Origin: an uncultured delta proteobacterium
GTDB taxonomy: Bacteria; Desulfobacterota; Binatia; UBA9968
Reading direction: 5' to 3'
DNA: 64,000 nt
Assembly (NCBI GenBank): GCA_963745835.1
Contig: CAVUZH010000018.1
Span: 320,001 to 384,000, forward strand
Shown here: in pieces, positions 37,909 through 47,776 of the stretch
How the letters are laid out: each line of letters opens with the position of its first letter
Numbering within the stretch: position 1 is the stretch's first letter
Translations under genes and position numbers: made by a program
The notes under the pieces: model-generated
What the model saw: the letters and a program-made list of their open reading frames with translations, nothing else
The model's database searches: none
Told to the model about the DNA's origin: nothing

Positions 37909-38967
37909 TTGGACCACGATATTAGTGCGGTAGGAGTTGTAGTGGTGGGTGGCAAATACGAACTTGCTTCCATCAATGAGGTGTTTTGCCAGAAACTTGG
38001 ATATGAAAAGGCTGAGCTAGCGGGGAGGAATTTCTTAGATATCGCCTGCCCTGCCGAGCAGGAAAAATGTAAGCGGCTACTCGTCCAAGCTGTTAAAGAT
38101 AAAGATACAGCGTATAAGGCGGACGTGCGTTTTGTCCGCAAAAACGGAGACCCAGTTCGCACCAAGCTCACAGCTACAACGGCTCTCCACGATTACCAAA
38201 CTGCCGGCCATGTCTTGGTGACTGTTGAGGATTTCATCGGCCCACCCGGCCGTAAAACATTGTCCAACGCCAAGCGGTTGGCTCAAGTCCAAGCATCGGC
38301 CCAGATATTGATGCATGAACTCCGGAATCAAATGCATGGTATCTCCCTTATTGGTCGTTTGCTCGAGGAAGAAAGTACTCGGCGCGGTCTGGTCAAGGAC
38401 GATTCTCTGGTGGAGCTTAATCAAGATTTAACAAGCCGGCTTGAGGATCTCCGCGTGCTGCTGCAGGACTTTAATCGCCTTGGCGAAACGGTCAACCTTA
38501 AGCTTCGGGCCACCGATCTCGCTAAATTTGTGACTAGAATGCTTGGCTCGAAGCAGGCCTCTTATGTTGCCGAGCGGATTCAAGTCAAATGTGATCTGGC
38601 CGCGGACCTGCCGCGGGTCCAACTCGACCGGCACAGATTCAAGCAGGCCTGGCTCAATCTTTTCAAGAACGCTGTCGAAGCAATGCCCTCAGGAGGTACG
38701 ATTACGGTGCGGCTCTACAGATCCGACACTGATGTCTGTTTAGAGATCGAGGATACCGGAACTGGAGTTCCTGACGGCATCGACGTCTTCAAGCCATTTG
38801 TGACCACTAAATCGCAAGGAACCGGCTTGGGACTGGGGATCGTGCGTGAAATAGTTTCGGCGCATGGCGGCGTCGTTTCGTACCAGAGCACGCCGCAAGC
38901 AGGTGCGCTTTTTAGAATTTCCCTGCCATTGGACGCCTCTCGCCGATGCAATTGCGAGGAAAGCTAA
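37909..38967 (+). CDS. Cytoplasmic PAS-domain histidine kinase (start uncertain)
   Basis: PAS, HELRNQM, NLFKNAVEAM, EDTGTG, FVTTKSQGTGLGL. Confidence 0.82.
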   Translation: MDHDISAVGVVVVGGKYELASINEVFCQKLGYEKAELAGRNFLDIACPAEQEKCKRLLVQAVKDKDTAYKADVRFVRKNGDPVRTKLTATTALHDYQTAGHVLVTVEDFIGPPGRKTLSNAKRLAQVQASAQILMHELRNQMHGISLIGRLLEEESTRRGLVKDDSLVELNQDLTSRLEDLRVLLQDFNRLGETVNLKLRATDLAKFVTRMLGSKQASYVAERIQVKCDLAADLPRVQLDRHRFKQAWLNLFKNAVEAMPSGGTITVRLYRSDTDVCLEIEDTGTGVPDGIDVFKPFVTTKSQGTGLGLGIVREIVSAHGGVVSYQSTPQAGALFRISLPLDASRRCNCEES

Positions 38968-39300
38968 ACCGCATAGTGTGAAGCTACAGATTCGAATAAG
39001 GTAACCAGATGGGGCGAGTTTACTTCTGTTAAGCCTCGATCTTTTAACCTAATCCTGGTCCTGCCGATATACCGCCATCTTGGTAACTCGATTTCAATTA
39101 TTCAATGACGGCCGCTTGCATGTGATCTTTTGAACCACGCCGGCGCTGTGCCCCTGTTGCCGCGCGGCGCTCGCGACTCTTGGACCAACGCCAAGCATGA
39201 ATGCATTATCTGGTTGACCTAAAAAGTTTCTTACAGTAGTTTCCGCTGCATCGGGAGAGGTCGGCAAACCTAGGTCGTATATAAGAAAGGGAGGCAATCC

Positions 39301-40047
39301 ATGAACAGATATGTAGCCGAATTGCTCGGCACCTTTGTGCTGGTTTTTGCCAGTTGCGGGAGCGCTGTTTTGGCAGGAGACAAAATTGGTTTTCTCGGCG
39401 TTTCGTTGGCTTTCGGCCTGTCTCTGCTGGCAATGATCTATGCCATCGGGCCGATTTCCGGGTGTCACATAAACCCTGCTGTAACCGTTGGACTACTGCT
39501 AACCAAGAAGATGGATGCAAAGTTTGCAGGTGGGTATATCGCGGCCCAGATCGTCGGTGCGATTTTGGCTGCCGGTGTTTTGTTGATCATCGCCCAAGGA
39601 GCGCCCGGCGGCTATGATCCATCCGTTGCGGGTTTCGCCGCCAACGGTTATGGCGAACACTCCCCTGGAAAGTACAATCTCTTATCGGCCTTCCTGGTTG
39701 AAGTTGTCCTGACTTTTTTTCTAGTTTATACCGTTCTCGGCGCCACCGATATCAGAGCGCCCGTCGGCTTTGCCGGCGTCGCTATCGGCCTTGTTCTAGC
39801 GCTGATCCATTTGGTCGGTATTCCCGTTACCAACACTTCGGTCAATCCAGCGCGCAGTATCGGGCCCGCCGTTTTCGTCGGTGGCTGGGCATTAAGCCAG
39901 CTATGGCTATTTATTGTCGCGCCGATTATCGGCGCAGGGATCGCTGCAGCGCTCTATGGGGTATCCCATAAGCCGAGTGAGGTCATCAGCGCGAGAGAAG
40001 CGGAACGTGCGCTCGCAACCGAGCAGGCTGCAAGGAAGTCGGCTTAA
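39301..40047 (+). CDS. aqpZ: Aquaporin Z
   Basis: [11 protein letters not shown] and [12 protein letters not shown] motifs; [10 protein letters not shown]. Confidence 0.93.
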   Translation: MNRYVAELLGTFVLVFASCGSAVLAGDKIGFLGVSLAFGLSLLAMIYAIGPISGCHINPAVTVGLLLTKKMDAKFAGGYIAAQIVGAILAAGVLLIIAQGAPGGYDPSVAGFAANGYGEHSPGKYNLLSAFLVEVVLTFFLVYTVLGATDIRAPVGFAGVAIGLVLALIHLVGIPVTNTSVNPARSIGPAVFVGGWALSQLWLFIVAPIIGAGIAAALYGVSHKPSEVISAREAERALATEQAARKSA

Positions 40048-40226
40048 TCCAAGCTCGCTCTCGATAAAACCAGTTCGCTCACAGGATTCGTCTCGAAACA
40101 CACGGAGCGCCATGCAACTCGACCGGAGTGTTGACAGTCAAACGAAAAAACAAAGCGGCCGACATCGCGCAGATTGTCAGTGGCGTCAAAAACGTCGTCG
40201 ACAATCTGCAGATTCAGTCCAGATAG
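40048..40226 (+). pseudogene. Decayed BON-domain protein remnant
   Basis: Frames read SKLALDKTSSLT ... AADIAQIVSGVKNVVDNLQIQSR*; no start, multiple shifts. Confidence 0.6.
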
Positions 40227-40260
40227 AGCCAAACCGGTAGCCGGTCAGCGTTTCAAACTT

Positions 40261-40905
40261 ATGTATCCAATGATCTCGCGCGAATTGGCGATCGTATTTA
40301 TCCTCTTCGGGCTATGTTCCTGCGCATCGCTGCCGGCGCTGTTTTTACCAACTATCAGCGATGAGAGACTCGAAGCATTCGTTGCCCAAGAGGCGCAGCA
40401 GATTCTCCGAGTATCCGGGAACTCGCACAAGGCGGATCGGTATAAGTTTTACCTGGCTAAGTTCCCGCGCGATGATATTTTAGGCCTCAGTTTTGGCGAG
40501 CATAGGATCTTTATAAGTTACGAACTGACCAGGCTCGCTCGCGAGCACACCGGCTCTCTGTGGCTGTTCAGACATACCCTCGCCCACGAAATAGCTCACG
40601 ATGTGTTGGAACATGCAAAGAACGAACAGATGGCCAGCTTGAATGCTGTGCGCCAGTCTCACGCCCGAATCAAAGGAGCCGATCTCGGCCTGCCTCTGTT
40701 CATTTCTTACCGCAATTATTCGACGGCAGCCGAGTTGGCTGCTGATGAAGCGGCGATGGAATACTGGAAGAAGATCGGCTGGGATTGCAGTATTTGGATC
40801 AAACTCTTTAGAAGCTTTCTTGATCAGGGTTACATAGGCGATCCGGATCACCCATTGAACGAACGTCTGACTCAGGCAATCAGGATTTGCGAGTCAAACA
40901 GCTAA
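40261..40905 (+). CDS. M48-like zinc metallopeptidase lipoprotein
   Basis: Lipobox-like GLCSC, LAHEIAHD, ELAAD, HPLNERL. Confidence 0.7.
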   Translation: MYPMISRELAIVFILFGLCSCASLPALFLPTISDERLEAFVAQEAQQILRVSGNSHKADRYKFYLAKFPRDDILGLSFGEHRIFISYELTRLAREHTGSLWLFRHTLAHEIAHDVLEHAKNEQMASLNAVRQSHARIKGADLGLPLFISYRNYSTAAELAADEAAMEYWKKIGWDCSIWIKLFRSFLDQGYIGDPDHPLNERLTQAIRICESNS

Positions 40906-40947
40906 AGAGCGCACGTAAGCGGCAGCATGCGTAACAACGAACTGATC

Positions 40948-41418
40948 ATGAAATGGTTAGTACAAATAGCGCTGAACTTAGCGCTGGTATTCTGCGCAAT
41001 CACCGTGTGGGCGCAAAAGCCGATCGTCTATCCGGCAAAAGGGCAGAGCGCGCAACAGCAGACGAAAGACGATTCCGCATGTTATGCCTGGGCAAAGCAG
41101 ACGACCGGCATCGATCCGGCAGTTGTGGCATCGACACCGCCACCACAACAGACCGGGCCCGCAGTCGGTGGCGGCGAGCGTGTGAAGGGCGCCGCTCGAG
41201 GAGCCCTCGGCGGCGCGGCTGTTGGCGCAATTGCCGGTGATGCAGGAGACGGCGCCGCTATCGGTGCGGTCGTGGGCACCGCAGTCGGCGGACGCCGGGC
41301 GCGCCAGAATCGCGAAGCGCAAAATCAGCAGGCGGTCAGTCAGCAGCAAAATCTCATGGATACGTATTATCGCGCCTACGGAGCGTGCATGGAGGGACGC
41401 GGTTACACGATCAAGTGA
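40948..41418 (+). CDS. Glycine-zipper (YMGG-like) exported protein
   Basis: YPAKGQSAQQQTKDDSAC, GAARGALGGAAVGAIAG, ACMEGRGYTIK. Confidence 0.8.
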   Translation: MKWLVQIALNLALVFCAITVWAQKPIVYPAKGQSAQQQTKDDSACYAWAKQTTGIDPAVVASTPPPQQTGPAVGGGERVKGAARGALGGAAVGAIAGDAGDGAAIGAVVGTAVGGRRARQNREAQNQQAVSQQQNLMDTYYRAYGACMEGRGYTIK

Positions 41419-41456
41419 AGGAGTATGACTCGATCGTCGGGCGAGAGATGAGGAAT

Positions 41457-41849
41457 ATGAAACTATTCTCTATTGTTATTTTGTTGATCGCACTCCTCGG
41501 GCCGGGACTAGCCTCAGCAGCCGATTTTGATGGCTCGAAGGTTTTGATTTGCGCCCCCGTTGAAGCCATAGACTGCGCTCCAGGAGAAAGCTGTAGAAAA
41601 GGCATGCCGGCGGATGCCGGCTTGCCGGCGTTCATCCGCGTCGATATCGCGAAGATGGTCATGATCGGGCCCAAACGAACTTCACCGATCGCCTCCATCG
41701 AGAGAAGCGAACAACAGATCCTCTTGCAGGGAACCGAGTTGGGTTCCGCGTGGACAATCGCGCTCGATCAGAATAGCGGAGAAATCTCGGGATCTCTGGT
41801 AAACCGCGAAGAGGTGTTTGTTATCTTCGGGTCGTGCACGCCGTTGTAA
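41457..41849 (+). CDS. Exported hypothetical protein with four Cys
   Basis: Signal peptide, ADFDGSKVLICA, C-terminal FGSCTPL. Confidence 0.65.
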   Translation: MKLFSIVILLIALLGPGLASAADFDGSKVLICAPVEAIDCAPGESCRKGMPADAGLPAFIRVDIAKMVMIGPKRTSPIASIERSEQQILLQGTELGSAWTIALDQNSGEISGSLVNREEVFVIFGSCTPL

Positions 41850-42170
41850 TAGCCAAGCCATGCTAAAATCGCTCCAGGATCAAATCTGAACCTAGAGTCG
41901 AAGCGGACGCCACGTGTCAAGATGTCTGAGATTTTGGCCACAGTTCTTTGTCTCAATACAGCTTATATCCGTTGTGCAGTCCGTAAGACGCCTCGACCTG
42001 ACGAGTGGCCGGTGTTCTTCGCACATGAATTTCAAATTTGCCGTCGTAAATCCTCATTCTAGCCTGTTCTTGCGCATCGCCGACCATGCTTTACAACCTG
42101 CCCGCCTTTATGGAGACTCGAAGCGTTCAGAGCATCTTCATGCGAAAGCTAGTGAGCTTACGAGAATACC

Positions 42171-42353
42171 ATGAAAGTTATGGAGGATCGCGAAATAGGC
42201 TCTCTGTGGAAGGGGAACTGGTTTGAGGGTGATGAGCCCCGGGTCATCAAAGAGCTGATCCGCAAGCTGATCGAGGAGAGAACTTTTCAGGTCGGGTATG
42301 AGCGTGCTTTACAAGCGTTCGGCATTTCGAAAGAGGACTACGAAAAGCTGTAA
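42171..42353 (+). CDS. Small hypothetical protein
   Basis: 60 aa, plausible composition, GAGA upstream. Confidence 0.35.
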   Translation: MKVMEDREIGSLWKGNWFEGDEPRVIKELIRKLIEERTFQVGYERALQAFGISKEDYEKL

Positions 42354-42438
42354 ATTGTGGGATGCCAATTTGAAAGCGACTAGCATAAATAAGGGGTGTC
42401 TTAGCCACAGAGTGGCTGATACAAGCTTACGGCGCCTT

Positions 42439-43881
42439 ATGTTCATAGTTTTCCTTTTGATGGGCGCGATTGCTGCGGCTGCGCCTCTCACGAAAGACGC
42501 TGCGGCGGCTACCGCGTTGAAGCTTGAAACCCAAGCCATGAAAGGCGACTGGGATAAGATCTTTGAACGCGGAACTATCCGCGTTGTGTTGCCCTATAGC
42601 CGAAGCTTGTTTTTCAACGATCGTGGCACCCAGATGGGACTTGGCGCAGACGGTATCCGTGAGCTCGATGGATGGCTCAAGAAAAAATACCGGACACGCG
42701 CCCGTCCTATCACCGTGCTTGCAATGCCGACTACTCGCGACGAATTACTTGCCAATCTGCGTAACGGCCATGCGGAGATTGCTATCGGCAACCTGACGAT
42801 TACCGCGGAACGACAGAAAAATTTCGACTTTACCTTGCCGGTATGGGACAACGTCTCCGAAATTGTCGTGATGAAGAAGGGGGCGCCGGCACTGGCAAAT
42901 CTCGACGAGCTTGCCGGAGTAGAAGTCCATGTGCGCAAGACCAGCAGCTATTACGAGAGCCTACGCAAGCTAAATGAGCGCTTCCGCCAGGCCGGCAGAC
43001 CGCAGATGAAGTTGACCCTCGTGCCCGACGAGCTCGAAGACGAGGATATGATGGAGATGGTCTCTGCGGGCTTGCTGCGCGTTATCGTCGTTGACGATTG
43101 GAAAGCCAAACTCTGGGCGGGGATCTTGCCCAATATTCAGCTTCGCCCTGAGCTGGCGCTGCGCACGGGCGCGAAGATCGGCTGGGCGATTCGCAAAGAT
43201 ACACCGAAGCTCAAGGCTGTGCTTAACGAGTTTATCACCGAGCACCTCAAAGGCACGAAGATGGCGGCCATCGAACTCGCAACCTATCAACGGCGCTTCA
43301 AAGCGCTGCACAATGCGACAGTCGCTCATGAGTGGAAGAAATTTGAAAATACGATCGCATTTTTTGAAAAGTATGGAGAGCAGTATGGTTTCGATCACCT
43401 GATGCTGGCGGCGCAAGGCTATCAGGAGTCACGGCTCAATCAGTCGGCGCGCAGCCGTACAGGGGCAATTGGTATTATGCAGATAATGCCCAAGACCGGT
43501 AAAGAGCTCGGCGTCGGCGACATTAACAAAGCCGAAGCCAACGTGCACGGCGGTACGAAATATATGCGGATTTTATTCGATCGTCATTTCAAGGACGCCA
43601 ACTTCGACGAGCAAAACCGCACGCTCTTCGCTTTTGCAAGTTACAACGCCGGACCGAGCCGCATTGCAAAGATTCGTACCGAGGCCAAGGATCAAGGACT
43701 GAACCCAAACAAATGGTTCAACAACGTCGAAATCGTCGCTTCAAAACGCATCGGTCAGGAAACCGTGCACTACGTCCGGAATATTTACAAATACTATACG
43801 GCGTACCGTCTGCAGCTCGACGCGGTGGAGGCTCAACGTCTCGCAAAGCAGCGCATCGAGGCTAATACCGCAACAAAGTGA
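42439..43881 (+). CDS. MltF-like lytic transglycosylase (SBP plus SLT domains)
   Basis: GNLTITAERQK, AAQGYQESRL, GAIGIMQIMP, FASYNAGP, ETVHYVRNIYKYY. Confidence 0.88.
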   Translation: MFIVFLLMGAIAAAAPLTKDAAAATALKLETQAMKGDWDKIFERGTIRVVLPYSRSLFFNDRGTQMGLGADGIRELDGWLKKKYRTRARPITVLAMPTTRDELLANLRNGHAEIAIGNLTITAERQKNFDFTLPVWDNVSEIVVMKKGAPALANLDELAGVEVHVRKTSSYYESLRKLNERFRQAGRPQMKLTLVPDELEDEDMMEMVSAGLLRVIVVDDWKAKLWAGILPNIQLRPELALRTGAKIGWAIRKDTPKLKAVLNEFITEHLKGTKMAAIELATYQRRFKALHNATVAHEWKKFENTIAFFEKYGEQYGFDHLMLAAQGYQESRLNQSARSRTGAIGIMQIMPKTGKELGVGDINKAEANVHGGTKYMRILFDRHFKDANFDEQNRTLFAFASYNAGPSRIAKIRTEAKDQGLNPNKWFNNVEIVASKRIGQETVHYVRNIYKYYTAYRLQLDAVEAQRLAKQRIEANTATK

Positions 43882-44368
43882 TTTTACCGACTGGTTTGCA
43901 GTGCCGCGGGGGACCATTGCGGTTCTGAGACAAGCTTACTGCTTCGTTGTGCTTGGCGTGATTGCCGTTGGCTGCACCCGTCACGACAATCGCTGCGGAT
44001 TATTGGGTTAAAGCGTGAAACCCAAAACCTGCGCACAAAGATATGCGAATGTAGCTTGATCGTTCTTTCAAGAGCCGAAGAGAACTCCGGGTCGAAAAGT
44101 CCGGCGTTGGAGCTAGAGAGGTTTGTCTAGAGACCTTAACAAGCTTTTCACAGTGACTCGATTCTTCCGGTACTCTGATGGATGTTTATCGTCGATGTTC
44201 CCGGTGACCACACGCGCGACTCTCTGATGCTGGCTCGCCGACTTCTTTTGCACTTAACCCAAGTTTCTTTGCTTGTTCGAAGCATGAGTGGCATACGATC
44301 ATGTCAAGCAGGGATTGCGCCGGTCGCCAAGTTTAAACACACTGTTAAATTAGCTCGTCCGATGGATT

Positions 44369-44384
44369 TGGCTTGTCATTTGCC
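44369..44384 (+). promoter_or_regulatory. Putative sigma54 -24/-12 promoter upstream of MASE1 kinase
   Basis: TGGCTTGTCATTTGCC, GG-N10-GC, about 67 nt before GTG start. Confidence 0.5.
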
Positions 44385-44450
44385 ATTTGCCTGGGCTAGC
44401 GTCCACTAGTTACCTTTGTTGAAATCATTGAGATTTAAACCGGAGATACA

Positions 44451-46503
44451 GTGTCTCAATCCGCGCTGGTTTCGCCGTACGCGTTAGACGAAGGCATCCG
44501 GGGAGTTTCCTTCCCGCTGCAGCATGTCTTCTACATGCTTTTGCTCTGTGCCGGATACTACGGCGGCGCCTTAATCGGCCAATCCCTTAGATTTCCTGAT
44601 TCTCATCTGTCGCTGATCTGGCCGCCCACGGCCATCGTACTGGCGGCGTTGCTGCTCGCTCCTTCCAGACGATGGTGGGTAATTTTGCTTGTCGTCGCCC
44701 CGGTGCATATCATCGTACAACTTAACGACGGCGTGCCGCTGCCGGGAATTTTCAGTCAACTCATTGGCAACTTCGGTCAGGCGCTCTTGGCGGCGATCAG
44801 CGTCCGCTACTTCGTCAAGGGTCGGTTACAGCTCGATACGTTTTCGGACGCTTATCATTTTTGTTCTTGGCGCGGTGATTCTCGCGCCTGTTCTTATATC
44901 CAGTATTGCCGCCTATCTTTATGTGTTGAGCGGCTGGGAGCACGAATATTGGTACGTATGGCGCGCGCGGGTTTTATCGAACGCGCTGTCCACCCTAACG
45001 ATTATTCCGCCGATTTTGATGGTTTTCGGCGGAGAATCTGCGAAGCCTTCCTGCCCTTCTAGATGGCGTAATGTCGAGTTGGGTCTGCTCGCCGCCGGTC
45101 TCATACTCGCCGGCTCTACTGCATTTGGTCACCAAGCCGCAGTTCCGGCATTACTCTACGCACCGGTCCCCTTTCTGTTGTTGGCGGCTGTACGTTTTGA
45201 AGTAGGGGTTCTTTCTCTCTCTTTCCTCTTGACCGCTTACCTTGCTTTCTTGAGCACCTCGAACGGTTGGGGTCCGTTCGTAACTCAATCAGCGGCCGAG
45301 AACGCGCTGTCGCTGCAGTTATTCTTGATTACGGTTTTTCTTCCGCTCATGTTCCTCTCGGCCTTGAGCAGCGAGAGGCGAGACAGAGAAGACGCTTTAC
45401 GCGACAGCGAGGCGCGCTACCGGGCGTTGGTGATGGCCAGCGCGAATATGGTCTGGCGCGCAGATACAGAGGGCGAGGGGTTCTTGGTGTGCCCGCGATG
45501 GCAAGAACTCACTGGGCAGAGCGAAGATGACGCGAACAACTTTGGTTGGCTTTCGGCTCTTCATCCGAAGGATCAAGAGCGCAGCGCTCAATTGTGGAAA
45601 CAGGCAATGGCGCATAAACGAATGTACGAGGACGAGTTTCAAATATGCACTCACGATCAGAGCTTTCGGCATCTTCATGTTCAGGCGGTGCCGATCATCG
45701 CGCCCGACGGTGCTGTGCACGAATGGATCGGAGCGGCGGTCGATATTACCCAAGAGAAAGAGATTGCGTCGACGGTTCAGCGACAACGCGACGAACTCGC
45801 GCATGTAGTGCGAATCAATACGATCGGCGAACTGGCGGCGTCTCTGGCGCATGAATTGAACCAACCGCTCACGGCAATTCTTAGTAATGCGCAAGCCGCG
45901 CAGCGTTTCCTTACTGCGGATCCGACTAGCCTAGGAGAAGTCCGCGCCATTCTTCAGGACATCGTCAACGACGATAAGCGGGCGGGCGAAGTAATCCGCC
46001 GAGTGCGAGAGCTGGTGAAAAAAGGGAATTTCGAGATCGCGCCGCTGGATCTTGAAGCGATTCTGCGCGAGGTGGTTATGCTCATGCACAGCGATGCCAT
46101 CCTGCACAATGTCGATATTGTGCTCCAAGTGGATCCACGCGCGCGAAGAATTTATGGTGACAAGGTCCAGTTGCAACAGGTCTTGTTGAACTTGTTTCTC
46201 AACGCCTTTCACGCTATGAAAGTTTGCCCGATGAACGAGCGCCAGGTAACAGTGAGGACCGAACCGAGTAAAGATCATAAGGTGATGATCGCAGTGCGCG
46301 ACTGCGGCGAAGGGCTGAAGAGCGAGCAGCTCGATAAAATTTTTCAGCCATTTTATACGACCAAAGATAATGGTCTCGGCCTCGGACTCGCTATCAGTCA
46401 TTCGATCGTCGAAGCCCACGGCGGCAGACTATGGGCGCAGAACAACCCCGAACGTGGTGCGACGATTTGCTTCACCGTGCCGTTATGCGAGGAAGGAATG
46501 TGA
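44451..46503 (+). CDS. MASE1-PAS histidine kinase (FixL/TodS-like transmitter), frameshift near 44842
   Basis: WPPTAIVLA MASE1, PAS, GELAASLAHELNQPLTAIL, FYTTKDNGLGLGL; two ORFs joined by removing one T in CGTTTTCGG. Confidence 0.85.
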
Positions 46504-46505
46504 TC

Positions 46506-47195
46506 ATGAAACCCATCAATTCTTCTATTTTAGCGATCGACAAAAATGCCGTTTCGAGCGCCGCGCTTCCCGCAACACCCGACGTTTTTTTGGTCGACGA
46601 CGACCCTTCTGTGCGACGAGCCTTGGCGCGTCTCATCAAGTCTGCGGGGCACCAGGTACAAACCTTCGCATCGGCGCGGGAGTTCCTCCAGACGGGAGCC
46701 GCCGCTCAAGAAGCAGCCTGCCTGGTGCTCGACGTGCGAATGCCGGGTCTCACCGGCATAGAGCTGCAGCGGCAATTACAGATTTTGAACCGCAATGTTC
46801 CGATTGTTTTTATGACCGGCCACGGCAACATTCCGATGAGCGTGCAAGCCATGAAGGCCGGCGCCGTGGATTTCCTGCCGAAACCGGTGAAGGACACGGA
46901 CCTTTTGCGGGCCATCGAACAGGCTCTCGCCCGCGCGGTTCATGATCGCGCCGAACGGAATGAACTTGAAGATGTCCGAGAGCGGGTGGAAAGATTGACT
47001 CCGCGCGAGCGCGAAGTGATGGTTCTCGTTGTCAGGGGATTGTTGAACAAACAAATCGCTTTCGAACTCGGCACGGTGGAAAAAACCATCAAAGTTCATC
47101 GCGCGAGGGTGATGGAAAAAATGCAGGTGGATTCGCTCGCCGACCTAGTGCGCCTCGCAGAGAAGATTGGGATACGAAGAGATAGGAGTTCCTGA
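46506..47195 (+). CDS. FixJ/TodT-family response regulator (REC plus LuxR HTH)
   Basis: VDDDPSVRRAL, DVRMPG, TGHGNIPMSVQAMKAGA, LTPREREV..NKQIA..KVHRARVMEKM. Confidence 0.9.
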   Translation: MKPINSSILAIDKNAVSSAALPATPDVFLVDDDPSVRRALARLIKSAGHQVQTFASAREFLQTGAAAQEAACLVLDVRMPGLTGIELQRQLQILNRNVPIVFMTGHGNIPMSVQAMKAGAVDFLPKPVKDTDLLRAIEQALARAVHDRAERNELEDVRERVERLTPREREVMVLVVRGLLNKQIAFELGTVEKTIKVHRARVMEKMQVDSLADLVRLAEKIGIRRDRSS

Positions 47196-47342
47196 ACAGT
47201 GAAGCCTTAGCGCAGCCATCGTAGTCCTCGATCTCCACCTTGCTTCCATCAGTTCACAGGCATTGAGCTCTCCTTCGAGACCGCATAGAACACTCGATCC
47301 TTCACCTCACTACTCTTCCACTCTCCATCCACCCGCCGAGGC

Positions 47343-47360
47343 ATTGGACTAAGGTCCAAT
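47343..47360. promoter_or_regulatory. Palindromic box copy 1
   Basis: ATTGGACT-AA-GGTCCAAT; TAGAAT at 47383-47388. Confidence 0.7.
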
Positions 47361-47401
47361 ATACGGCTCTCTTTACCTTTAATAGAATTCACTCCGTACA
47401 A

Positions 47402-47554
47402 GTAATCCTTATCACCGCTTACGACGAACCGAGCGCATCCTAGCGGGCTCTGGTAAGCGGAGCCATAGCTTTCTTGCGCCCAGCCTTCAACAATGAATTG
47501 CTCATGGAGGCCCGGCGCAGAGCCTTCAACGCGGTGGACAAGAGGGTGAAGTGA
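47402..47554 (+). pseudogene. Decayed single-domain receiver protein remnant
   Basis: VILITAYDEPSAS*RALVSGAIAFLRPAFNNELLMEA, beta4-alpha5 half of a receiver; TAG at 47441, N-half missing. Confidence 0.65.
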
Positions 47555-47776
47555 ATGCCGGATCCTTTCGGTTGATTGAGTGGCGCCTGCACGCCCGTAT
47601 ACAGAAGAAAGAATTCCAACTATCAAAGCCGAAGCTCGAAGTCTTCAATGTAGAGAATCACAACTTCTAAACAGACTTGTATTTAGAAGTTGGCGATGCC
47701 ATGCGAATTTAAACTTCAGAAGTGGTTTCGACTGTCGAGCTTGAAATTCCCGGTTTACATTACGAGGAGCTATTCA

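Noticed and set aside
47441-47443. In-frame TAG as pyrrolysine or readthrough
   Set aside because: Receiver fragment lacks its N-terminal half and the conserved Lys-Pro, so decay is more likely
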